Assembly: GCA_963754875.1 (NCBI GenBank)
Contig: CAVWHO010000020.1
Coordinates: 160,001-224,000 of the forward strand
Direction: 5' to 3'
Length of the DNA stretch: 64,000 bases
From: Nitrospirota bacterium
Lineage (GTDB): Bacteria; Nitrospirota; UBA9217
This document shows, in pieces, positions 37,703-46,649 of this stretch. The translations under genes and the position numbers were made by a program. The notes under the pieces were generated by a model. The model made no database searches. It was not told the origin of the DNA and saw only the letters and a list, made by a program, of their open reading frames with translations. Numbering within the stretch: the first letter of the stretch is position 1; each line of letters opens with the position of its first letter.

Positions 37703-38785
37703 ATGGACGATATCGTGACGAATTTCATCAATCTTGACGCTATTACCATCCTCTATCTGTTCGGTGTCGGATTTGTCGGCGGTCTGGTCAGCGGATTTAT
37801 CGGTTCGGGCGGCGCTTTTGTTCTCACGCCGGGCATGATGAGCCTGGGCGTCCCTGGTCTCGTTGCAGTGGCGAGCAATATGTGCCACAAGTTTCCCAAA
37901 GCGCTCGTGGGTTCAATCAAACGTGCAAAATACGGGCAGGTTGACGTAAAGCTCGGCATTGTACTGGGTATTTCGGCTGAAGCCGGCGTGCTCTACGGCG
38001 CCCAGATCCAGGAAAACATCAAAAAAGCCTTCGGTGATGCCGGTTCCAATCTGTACGTGAGCGTGGCTTTTGTTGTGATTTTGGCAACGGTCGGCGGCTT
38101 CGTTCTTTATGACGCGTGGAAAACCTACAAGGCCGGAAACTCCCATGCCGTGGAAACGACCGGGAAACTGGCCAAGTGGGTGCAGTCCATCAATATCCCC
38201 GGCACCATGGTCTATTTCAAGAGCATCAATGCACGCGTATCTATCCTCTTCACGATCCCCCTCGGGTTTGCCACCGGCATGCTGGCAGCCACGATCGCGG
38301 TCGGCGGCTTCATCGGCGTCCCCTCTATGATCTACGTCCTCGGTGCACCCAGCCTCATGGCCTCGGCCACGGAGCTGGTGATCGCTTTCGTCATGGGCCT
38401 CGGCGGTTCGCTCAAGTATGCCATGCACGGCATGGTCGACATCCGCCTTGCCATGATCATCCTCGCGGGATCGCTCTTCGGCATTCAGCTCGGAGCAATC
38501 GGCACAACCTATGTGAAGCCCTTCATGATCAAGGTCGTCATGGGCCTGATCATGGTAATCGTATTGTTCAGCCGGGGCCTCATGGTCCCTGTGTATCTTG
38601 CCCAGCTCGGTCTCATTGATAAATTGGGCGAGGGAACGGTGTCGTTGCTCAAGACCACGAGCTTTGCGATAATGATCTTTGCACTGATGCTCGGTGCCTT
38701 CATCGTCCTTCGTGCCATGTGGCAGGGACGCCAGGCCGAGAGATTACAGCATGCGACTGGAGCCCTGGAACGTGGGGAAGTATAG
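37703..38785 (+). CDS. TauE/SafE sulfite-exporter-family permease
   Basis: GLVSGFIGSGGAFVLTP and second repeat AVGGFIGVP. Confidence 0.88.
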   Translation: MDDIVTNFINLDAITILYLFGVGFVGGLVSGFIGSGGAFVLTPGMMSLGVPGLVAVASNMCHKFPKALVGSIKRAKYGQVDVKLGIVLGISAEAGVLYGAQIQENIKKAFGDAGSNLYVSVAFVVILATVGGFVLYDAWKTYKAGNSHAVETTGKLAKWVQSINIPGTMVYFKSINARVSILFTIPLGFATGMLAATIAVGGFIGVPSMIYVLGAPSLMASATELVIAFVMGLGGSLKYAMHGMVDIRLAMIILAGSLFGIQLGAIGTTYVKPFMIKVVMGLIMVIVLFSRGLMVPVYLAQLGLIDKLGEGTVSLLKTTSFAIMIFALMLGAFIVLRAMWQGRQAERLQHATGALERGEV

Positions 38786-39626
38786 GAAGATCCTTGTTGC
38801 TGTAGACGGATCGGAATCGAGCCGGAACGCCCTTCACCAGGCGTTCCGGTTTGCTATTGATGAGAAATGCTGGATCACCGTGACGTCGGTGGTGCCCCCG
38901 TACGAGGGGGAGATAGAGATCCTTGGCGTCAGGGACATCCGCGCTGCCTTGCGGAAACCTTGTGAAGAGGCCCTGGATGATGCCCAACGGTTCGCGGACG
39001 AGGAGCGCGCTCTCATCAAGACGGTTTGCGAAGAAGGGGAGGCGCATGAGCGCATTGTCGAACTTGCCGACGCGGAGAACTGTGACCTCATCATCATGGG
39101 GCGGCGGGGGCTCCGGCCCGTCGAGCGCATGCTGGTCGGGCGCGTCACGGCGCGGGTCATCGGCCATACGCATCTCGATGTCCTGGTTGTCCCGAACAAT
39201 ACGACCGTCGGCTGGAAAAAAATCGTGCTGGCGACCGACGGTTCGAAGTACAGCGCGGCAGCGGCAGAACGGGCGATCGCCTTTGCCAAATCCTACGGCG
39301 GGGAACTGAAAGTCCTGTCGGTTGCTGACCTGCCTCCGGAATTTTATGCCGAAGCCCCCCAAGCAGTAGAGGATCTTGTGCACAAAGCGAAAGGGTTCGT
39401 GTCTGCTGTAAAAAAACAGGCCGAGGCTGTGGGAGTGCCGGCAGAGACCTTTGTGGGGGAGGCGGAAGCGTATCAGGCGATCAATAACCTTAGGTGGGAT
39501 CAGAAGGCCGACATCATCGTCCTGGGGTCGCATGGCAGGACCGGTCTGCGCCGTCTCCTCATGGGAAGCGTCACTGAAAAAGTCATCGGATATGCGTCCT
39601 GTCCCGTGCTCGTTGTCAAAACGTAA
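38772..39626 (+). CDS. Tandem universal stress protein
   Basis: KILVAVDGS...DLIIMGRRG; IVLATDGS...IVLGSHGRTG...GSVTEKVI..CPVLVV; GTG start. Confidence 0.92.
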   Translation: MGKYRKILVAVDGSESSRNALHQAFRFAIDEKCWITVTSVVPPYEGEIEILGVRDIRAALRKPCEEALDDAQRFADEERALIKTVCEEGEAHERIVELADAENCDLIIMGRRGLRPVERMLVGRVTARVIGHTHLDVLVVPNNTTVGWKKIVLATDGSKYSAAAAERAIAFAKSYGGELKVLSVADLPPEFYAEAPQAVEDLVHKAKGFVSAVKKQAEAVGVPAETFVGEAEAYQAINNLRWDQKADIIVLGSHGRTGLRRLLMGSVTEKVIGYASCPVLVVKT

Positions 39627-39923
39627 TGCCATTTAGATGTTAATCTCATGGATCCCGCAACTTGCAATCCCCCGGCTCCTGCCTGCCGGAGGGTGCCCCA
39701 TTCGCACTCCCTGCTTATCCTGAATTTATTTGTCAGAACGATCTCTGTCAATGGGTACAACGACGCCGAAGGCTGGCTGGGAATAAAAAAAATCGGTTAT
39801 GCTCTCTGCCTCATGTTCGTCGAGTAACCGTGAACAGGCGCCGGAGGCCTCCTTCGCCCATTTATGAATTGACAGCATGAAGAAAGGCCGGTATAATAAA
39901 TTGTCGTTAAGGAGGGGAACACC

Positions 39924-40124
39924 ATGTTTGAAGGCCTGTTTCAGCCCATGCATCTGATTCTTATCTTGCTTATTGTGCTCATCATTTTTGGACCCGGCAA
40001 GCTTCCCGAACTCGGCGAGGGGCTCGGAAAAAGCATTAAAGCTTTTAAGAAGGCCATGAAGGACGAGAGCAGCGAAAAAACCGAAATACCAACCATAGAG
40101 CACAAGGAAGAAAAAAAGGCGTAG
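39924..40124 (+). CDS. tatA: Twin-arginine translocase TatA/E, second copy
   Basis: LIIFGPGKLPELGEGLGKSIKAFKKAM; AGGAGG RBS. Confidence 0.92.
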   Translation: MFEGLFQPMHLILILLIVLIIFGPGKLPELGEGLGKSIKAFKKAMKDESSEKTEIPTIEHKEEKKA

Positions 40125-40303
40125 CCTACACCCCGCCATATCAGTTCCTTTTGAATATTCAGCATACCAAAGACACGGGTTGAGGTAGTGATCCTCAATC
40201 CGTGTCTTTTTTGTGTTTATCCCGTTGTTTACCGGCAACTCCAGGAACAACGATAGTAAACCGGATAGATTCGGTCATTGAATACTGTTTGTCCATTATC
40301 TTT

Positions 40304-42118
40304 ATGCCTGACACAACCTCCTCGTTCAGAGGAATCATAAAGTCTCTCGGCCTGGTCTTCGGCGACATCGGCACAAGCCCGATCTACACCCTCACGGTCA
40401 TTATCCTGCTCACCCCGCCGACGATGGAAAACGTGATCGGCGTACTATCGCTCATCGTCTGGACTCTCATCATATTGGTGACCGTGGAGTATGCATGGCT
40501 CGCCATGAGTCTGGGCAAGCGCGGCGAGGGCGGGACCATAGTGCTTAGGGAGCTACTGGTGCCGCTGCTGAAGACAGGCCGGCAGGTGAGCCTTGTAACG
40601 CTGCTCTCCTTTATCGGCATTTCGCTCATCATCGGAGACGGTGTCATCACTCCTGCCATCAGTATCCTATCCGCTGTGGAAGGCATGCTTCTGATCAAGG
40701 GGCTTGAGGGGATAAGCCAGACGTCCCTCGTGGTCATCGCCGGTGCCATCGCCATCCTGCTCTTTTCATTTCAAAAAAAGGGAACCGAGCGCGTTGCCGG
40801 CGCTTTTGGCCCCCTGATGCTGGTTTGGTTTGCTGCCTTGAGTGTGTCGGGCCTGGCCTCCATCGTCCAGGTACCTGTGGTGATCAAGGCGATCAACCCT
40901 TACTACGCCCTTGTCTTCCTCGTCAAAAACGGAATAGGCGGGTTCTTCGTACTCTCCGAGGTTATTCTGTGCGCAACGGGCGGTGAAGCACTTTATGCCG
41001 ACATGGGCCATCTCGGCCGTGAGCCCATCGTCCGGGCATGGTACTTCGTTTTCATTGCACTCGTGCTCAATTATCTCGGCCAGGGCGCCTTTTTGATCCA
41101 GCATCCCGATGCCAAGAACGTGCTGTTCGAAATGGTCTATCACCAGGCACAATTCCTCTACATCCCGTTCCTTGTCCTCTCCATCATTGCAACGGTCATT
41201 GCGTCACAAGCGATGATCAGCGGCATGTTCTCGATCGTCTATCAGGGTATCACGACGCGGATCATGCCCATGTTCAAGGTCGATTACACGTCCGAAGAAC
41301 GACACTCCCAGATATATATCGGCTTCGTAAACTGGTTCCTGCTCTTCTGTGTGCTCTACATTATCAAAGAGTTCCGCGAATCAAGCAAGCTGGCTGCCGC
41401 CTACGGTCTGGCTGTCACCGGCACCATGACCCTTACCGGCATCTTCATGACCTGGATTTTCATGCTCCGGAAAAAATACGGACATGCGGCCGTTTCCCTG
41501 CTCGTCACGTTCGTAACTTTCACCTTTCTGTTGTCCAATACCTACAAGATACCGCACGGCGGGTATTGGTCCATCATTATTGCAGCCATCCCGTTTTCTA
41601 TCATCATGCTCTACCGCGTGGGGCAGCGGAAGCTCTACAATGCGCTCCAACCTCTGCCGATCGATGTTTTTTTGCTGAGCTACAATCAAATTTATCAAAG
41701 GGCGAGCAAGATCAACGGTACGGCGCTTTATTTTGCCAAGGATGCCAAAGAAATACCGCCCTACATCGTCCATACGATGTTCAAGAACAATATCCTTTAC
41801 GAAGACAATATTATTGTTTCAATCGTAAAGCGGGAAGACCCCTTCGGCGTTACCGGATTTTTCAAAGGGGAGCTTGCCCAGGGCCTGCGCGCCTTCGAGA
41901 TTCAGATGGGATACATGGAAGTGCCCGATGTTGAGGAGATTCTTAGGGAGGCGGGGATCCAGGAGAAGACGATTTTCTACGGCGTCGAGGACATCCTGCC
42001 GAGCAACCTTATCTGGCAGATTTTTTCGTTGATCAAGAGGCTGACGCCGAACATCGTCCAGTTCTACAAACTTCCTTACAATAAACTTCACGGTGTCGTG
42101 ACGAGGATTGAGTTATAA
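40304..42118 (+). CDS. kup: KUP/HAK/KT potassium transporter
   Basis: GLVFGDIGTSPIY, GDGVITPAISILSAVEG, EALYADMGH, LAAAYGLAV. Confidence 0.95.
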   Translation: MPDTTSSFRGIIKSLGLVFGDIGTSPIYTLTVIILLTPPTMENVIGVLSLIVWTLIILVTVEYAWLAMSLGKRGEGGTIVLRELLVPLLKTGRQVSLVTLLSFIGISLIIGDGVITPAISILSAVEGMLLIKGLEGISQTSLVVIAGAIAILLFSFQKKGTERVAGAFGPLMLVWFAALSVSGLASIVQVPVVIKAINPYYALVFLVKNGIGGFFVLSEVILCATGGEALYADMGHLGREPIVRAWYFVFIALVLNYLGQGAFLIQHPDAKNVLFEMVYHQAQFLYIPFLVLSIIATVIASQAMISGMFSIVYQGITTRIMPMFKVDYTSEERHSQIYIGFVNWFLLFCVLYIIKEFRESSKLAAAYGLAVTGTMTLTGIFMTWIFMLRKKYGHAAVSLLVTFVTFTFLLSNTYKIPHGGYWSIIIAAIPFSIIMLYRVGQRKLYNALQPLPIDVFLLSYNQIYQRASKINGTALYFAKDAKEIPPYIVHTMFKNNILYEDNIIVSIVKREDPFGVTGFFKGELAQGLRAFEIQMGYMEVPDVEEILREAGIQEKTIFYGVEDILPSNLIWQIFSLIKRLTPNIVQFYKLPYNKLHGVVTRIEL

Positions 42119-42248
42119 AGTTCGAATGCCGGTTGGGACCGTTTCAAGTTGAACCAGAGTGGTCATCAGTCCAATCGGGGGTCGTTTTCTGACCCATAGT
42201 AATCTTTTTTCGGCTGTGGTATAGTATTCTCGAAGGTGGTGAACTTTT

Positions 42249-42554
42249 ATGGTGGACAACATCAATAATGCACCGTTAACAGCGCTTAATGCTTATAGCA
42301 CTCTGCTGAACAATACGGCCAATAATGTTGCCAATATGAATACCGATACCTATCGACCTCTTGAAACCACCATGCAGGATTCCACTCCTTCAGGCGTCAC
42401 GGCAATAACGTCGCGGAACGAAAATGGAGACCGTGTCGATCTTTCAAGGGAGGCGGTGAGTCTGATCACCGCGGAGACCGGTTTCAAGGCAAACATCGAC
42501 GTTTTAAAAACCGTTCAAAAAATGCAGAAGAGCGTTATTGACATAATTGCATAG
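42249..42554 (+). CDS. Short flagellar basal-body rod-like protein (N- and C-terminal rod motifs only)
   Basis: ANNVANMNT; VDLSREAVSLI...KAN...VIDIIA. Confidence 0.75.
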   Translation: MVDNINNAPLTALNAYSTLLNNTANNVANMNTDTYRPLETTMQDSTPSGVTAITSRNENGDRVDLSREAVSLITAETGFKANIDVLKTVQKMQKSVIDIIA

Positions 42555-42588
42555 GTTCGTGAGAGGGTAGGCGTTGTTGGGGAAGGGG

Positions 42589-43689
42589 TTATAGCGGAAG
42601 TTTCGTTGTCTCCTCGATTACGGCGTGGGATTCCGTCCCGCTTAAAGACTGCAGCCGGTCCCCGAACTTTTCCAATCTCTTGTCCGCATCATCGTATTTC
42701 GATTTCGTATTTGTCAGATGTTTTCCCACCAGTTCAAAATCCGCCCTGAACTTCTCAAAATCACCGGACAGTCTCGCCAGGCTTTTCAGGATCTCCTGCG
42801 CCTGTTCTTCGACGTGCATTCCTTTAAGACCGAGAAGTATCGTCTGGAGATAAGCATAGAAACTGTTCGGCGACACGGGGATAACGCGTTTCGTAAAAGC
42901 GTAGTTCAGCAGAGCCTTGTCCGTGTCCACTGCCTCGTCTTTAATGATGAGCTCGTAATAGACATTTTCCGCCGGGATGTACATAAGTGCGAAGTCAAAG
43001 GTCCCTTCGTCGGGCAGGATGTACTTGCCTGCAATGGCATCGATATGTTTTTTCACGTCGCTGATGAACTTCTTTTTTGCGGCCTTGCGATCCTCTTCCG
43101 TGGCCGTCTCCACGACGCGCTTGAAATTCTCCAGAGGAAACTTGGCGTCAATCGGCACAAGGTTGTGGCCGAGCCTGATGACGGCGTCTACGGCCTCGCC
43201 GCTCTTGAACCGGTGTTGAAGCGAGTAGTGGGCCGGCGGAAAGATTTGCGCCAGCAGGTCGCCGAGGAACAACTCCCCGAGCCCGCCGCGAAGTTTTGGC
43301 GACCGCAGGATCTCCTGCAGGCTTGCGATGTCCTTCCCCACGTCGAACACCTTTTTCGTGGCCTCAGAGAGGCTGCCCAGTCCCTTGCTTACCTCCTGGA
43401 CCACGCGCGCCGCGTTATCGAGCCGCGTATTCAGGTCTCCCGTTGATTTCTGGAGTTGCTGCGTCACCTGGCCGAGCTGCGAGTTGACCTGGAGCGTTAT
43501 TTGGCCGAGTTGCTGGTTCACGGTCTCCTGGCTTTTGAGCATGGCCTCCGTCAGCTGACCGCGGAGGGATTGCACTTCCTGTTGGAGCATCCCGACCGTA
43601 GGATCGATGCTCTTCTTCTGCGACTGGAGTACGAGCCAGAGAAGGATGAAGACGACTGCTGCAAGGAGTATGAGGATGGCGGTAAGCAT
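42589..43689 (-). CDS. rmuC: DNA recombination protein RmuC
   Basis: TM + coiled coil, RGGLGE, IDAKFP, DFALMYIPAE, VIPVSP. Confidence 0.92.
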   Translation of the reverse strand: MLTAILILLAAVVFILLWLVLQSQKKSIDPTVGMLQQEVQSLRGQLTEAMLKSQETVNQQLGQITLQVNSQLGQVTQQLQKSTGDLNTRLDNAARVVQEVSKGLGSLSEATKKVFDVGKDIASLQEILRSPKLRGGLGELFLGDLLAQIFPPAHYSLQHRFKSGEAVDAVIRLGHNLVPIDAKFPLENFKRVVETATEEDRKAAKKKFISDVKKHIDAIAGKYILPDEGTFDFALMYIPAENVYYELIIKDEAVDTDKALLNYAFTKRVIPVSPNSFYAYLQTILLGLKGMHVEEQAQEILKSLARLSGDFEKFRADFELVGKHLTNTKSKYDDADKRLEKFGDRLQSLSGTESHAVIEETTKLPL

Positions 43690-43773
43690 AGGTACGTTCG
43701 GAGTATTACCTTCGGAGTGATGAGTGCCGAGTCTGGAGCGCTGATTAAATTTGCTCCGAACTCTGGACCGCTA

Positions 43774-44980
43774 GTGTAGTGTCTCACAAACGACTGGTGT
43801 TATCAGCCTTTTTCTTGCGAGAGCGAGGTAATGTGCAGCCTGGCTGAATTTTCTCCAATGTTTGTTTGCAGCGTCCAAGTTTCTTAACGATCGATTCAAC
43901 GGTTGCGGTCCATACAAACGGTTTTGGGTCTTTGTTCCAAGCAGCCAAATACTCTTCGATAGCGCTCTTGAGCGCGTCCACGCTGACAAAGACTCCGCGA
44001 CGTATTCGTTTTCCCGTCAGTTCTCCGAACCAACGCTCAACAAGGTTCAACCAGCTTGAACTGGTCGGGACGAAGTGGGAAACAAAACGTGGATGCCGTG
44101 TTAACCATCTCTGGACTTTGGGGTGCTTATGCGTGCCATAGTTATCCATCACTATGTGCAGCTGCTTTTCGACCGGGAATTCAGCATCCAGTTGCTTTAA
44201 AAACTTGAGAAATTCCTGATGGCGATGCCGAGCATAACATTGACCGATCACTTTACCTTGCGCCAATTCGAGCGCAGCAAAAAGGGTTGTCGTGCCGTTA
44301 CGCTTATAGTCATGAGTCATGGTACCGCAACGCCCTTTTTTTAAAGGAAGTCCCGGTTGTGTACGATCTAACGCTTGAATCTGGCTTTTCTCATCCACAC
44401 ACAGCACTAATGCTTTTTCTGGAGGATTGAGATAGAGCCCGACGACATCGGTAAGCTTTTCCAAGAACCGTGGATCGCGTGACAACTTAAATCCCGTGGT
44501 TCTGTGCGGCTGAATATGATGACTTTGCCAGATCCTATTGATCGTTGCTTTGCTCACGCCCTGCTGTTCAGCCATCGTTCGGCAACTCCAATGGGTGGCT
44601 CCAGCAGGCTTCGTTTGCAGTGTGGCATTAATTATTTTATTAATTTTGGTTGCCGTTAACTCTGGCTTACGTCCGCGACCTGCCGCAACTTCCCAAAGGC
44701 AGTCCGGACCTTCACTACAGAACCGCTGCCTCCATAATGCAGCCGTTTTATAATTGATTTGCATTTGCTTTGCGATGGCCTTGTCTTGTTGGCCATTCGC
44801 AGCGGCTAGAATAATTCGACACCGTTGAGCAACTTGTTGCGGGGTGCGATGAGCCCGCACCCATTGCTCTAGTTCTTGTCGATCAGACTCAGTAAGGTTT
44901 ATGGTTAAAGCGTGTCGTGCCATGAACAGCATCCTATCACAAATCATGACATAACACCAGTTAATTGAGAGACACTACAC
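43774..44980 (-). mobile_element. IS630-family element, copy 2
   Basis: Same IRs as copy 1, CTAG/TA target. Confidence 0.95.
43784..44923 (-). CDS. IS630 transposase (intact)
   Basis: HTH + DDE motifs in a single frame. Confidence 0.93.
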   Translation of the reverse strand: MARHALTINLTESDRQELEQWVRAHRTPQQVAQRCRIILAAANGQQDKAIAKQMQINYKTAALWRQRFCSEGPDCLWEVAAGRGRKPELTATKINKIINATLQTKPAGATHWSCRTMAEQQGVSKATINRIWQSHHIQPHRTTGFKLSRDPRFLEKLTDVVGLYLNPPEKALVLCVDEKSQIQALDRTQPGLPLKKGRCGTMTHDYKRNGTTTLFAALELAQGKVIGQCYARHRHQEFLKFLKQLDAEFPVEKQLHIVMDNYGTHKHPKVQRWLTRHPRFVSHFVPTSSSWLNLVERWFGELTGKRIRRGVFVSVDALKSAIEEYLAAWNKDPKPFVWTATVESIVKKLGRCKQTLEKIQPGCTLPRSRKKKADNTSRL

Positions 44981-45978
44981 TAGTGTATCTCCAGCATCCT
45001 GTCCAGCGCACGCTTGGCAGGGATACGAATGTCTTCCGGTACTTTTATCACGTACTGCATCTTTTCCATGGCCGCGAGCACGCTTTCGAGTTTGGTCCGT
45101 TTCATATTGGGGCAGACCATTTCCTTGTTCAGGACATAGAACCGTTTGTCAGGGCTTTCTTTTTTGAGACGATGGAGGATTCCTTCTTCGGTGCCGATAA
45201 TGAATTCTTTATGATTTGACTCTCTGCAGAAACGGAGCATGCCCGACGTGCTCGTGATCTGATCAGCCATGTCCTGGACTTCAGGCGGGCATTCGGGGTG
45301 TACGACCAGGACCGCGTCGGGGTGTTCCGCCCTGGCGCGTTTCACATCGTCCACATCGAGATGAGCGTGATGCACGTTGCAGAACCCGTCCCAGGAAATG
45401 ATTTTCTTTTTTGTCCGCTTCGCTGCATAGGCAGAGAGGTTGCGGTCGGGGATGCAAATGACGGTGTCTGCCTTCAGGGATTCGACGACCTTGACGACAT
45501 TGGAAGAGGTGCAGCAGATATCGCTTTCGGCCTTGACCGCCGCCGATGTGTTCACGTAGGCCACGACGGGCACGCCGGGATATTTTTTCTTCATGTCCAG
45601 GAGCGTGAAATCATCGGCAAACTGAAAGGTTATTCCCATGACGTCCGAGTAGAGGTCTCTCCGCGTCTTGCGCGGTCCTTTGACCGTGACCATGTCCGCC
45701 ATGGGACAACCGGCACTTATCTCCGGGAGCAACACGGTCTTGTCCGGGGAGAGAATCGATGCGCTTTCGGCCATGAAATGTACGCCGCAGAACACGATCA
45801 CGTCGTAGTCAGTCTTCGCAGCTGCGCGCGACAGTTCCAGGGAATCTCCGGTGATGTCGGCGATGTCCTGCACCTCGGGGCGCTGATAATTGTGGGCGAG
45901 GATGACGGCATTCAGATCTTTTTTCCGTTTCCGAATTTTGTCGTGGAGGATGTCGATGTCCGATGCATGGGCAGTCAT
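44980..45978 (-). CDS. nadA: Quinolinate synthase A
   Basis: [42 protein letters not shown]. Confidence 0.95.
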   Translation of the reverse strand: MTAHASDIDILHDKIRKRKKDLNAVILAHNYQRPEVQDIADITGDSLELSRAAAKTDYDVIVFCGVHFMAESASILSPDKTVLLPEISAGCPMADMVTVKGPRKTRRDLYSDVMGITFQFADDFTLLDMKKKYPGVPVVAYVNTSAAVKAESDICCTSSNVVKVVESLKADTVICIPDRNLSAYAAKRTKKKIISWDGFCNVHHAHLDVDDVKRARAEHPDAVLVVHPECPPEVQDMADQITSTSGMLRFCRESNHKEFIIGTEEGILHRLKKESPDKRFYVLNKEMVCPNMKRTKLESVLAAMEKMQYVIKVPEDIRIPAKRALDRMLEIH

Positions 45979-46106
45979 AAGTACGCTGATAATACCGATA
46001 ATCGCTGCCGCTTGTCAAATGGAAAGTACTGAAGAGAAGTTGAATGGCAGGGCTTGCACGTCCGCCCGAAAGGAGGCGTTTTCCCGCGTTTATAAAAACA
46101 TCCTGA

Positions 46107-46649
46107 AATACCCAGCAGCTCTGCTGCTGGGATGAAAAGGATATCCTGACGAAGTCAGGATGAGAATCTGTTACAATACGGGCCATGAGCCCATTGAGAA
46201 GAAGCAAACATAGCGTCTATGATCTGAAGTACCATTTTGTATGGATACCAAAATATCGAAGGAAGCTGTTCAGCGATCGAATGACGACGAGACTGAAAGA
46301 GATATTTCGTGAGATCGCAGAGCGATATGAATTTGAAATAGATACGATGGAAGCAATGGATGATCATGTGCATTTGTTTTTGGTTGTGCCACCGAAGTAT
46401 GCTCCAGCGAGGGTAGTACAGATAATCAAAAGCATATCGGCAAAGATGATGTTTCGAGAATTCCCCGAGATAAAGAAAAAACTTTGGGGAGGAGAACTCT
46501 GGAATGACGGCTACTTTGTCCGTTCGGTTGGCGACAAAGTAACGGCAGAAGTTATAAGAAAGTATATTCGGTATCAGCATGATGAGCAAGTTGGCTTTAG
46601 GTTCTAGCGCATTTAGGATGCCCCGCAGCTCTGCTGCGGGGTAATTCAC
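46107..46649 (+). mobile_element. IS200-type element (tnpA only) with terminal hairpins
   Basis: CCCAGCAGC-TCT-GCTGCTGGG (46111-46131) and CCCCGCAGC-TCT-GCTGCGGGG (46621-46641). Confidence 0.85.
46185..46607 (+). CDS. tnpA: IS200/IS605 transposase TnpA
   Basis: YHFVWIPKYRR, DHVHL, LWNDGYFV, YIRYQ. Confidence 0.95.
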   Translation: MSPLRRSKHSVYDLKYHFVWIPKYRRKLFSDRMTTRLKEIFREIAERYEFEIDTMEAMDDHVHLFLVVPPKYAPARVVQIIKSISAKMMFREFPEIKKKLWGGELWNDGYFVRSVGDKVTAEVIRKYIRYQHDEQVGFRF

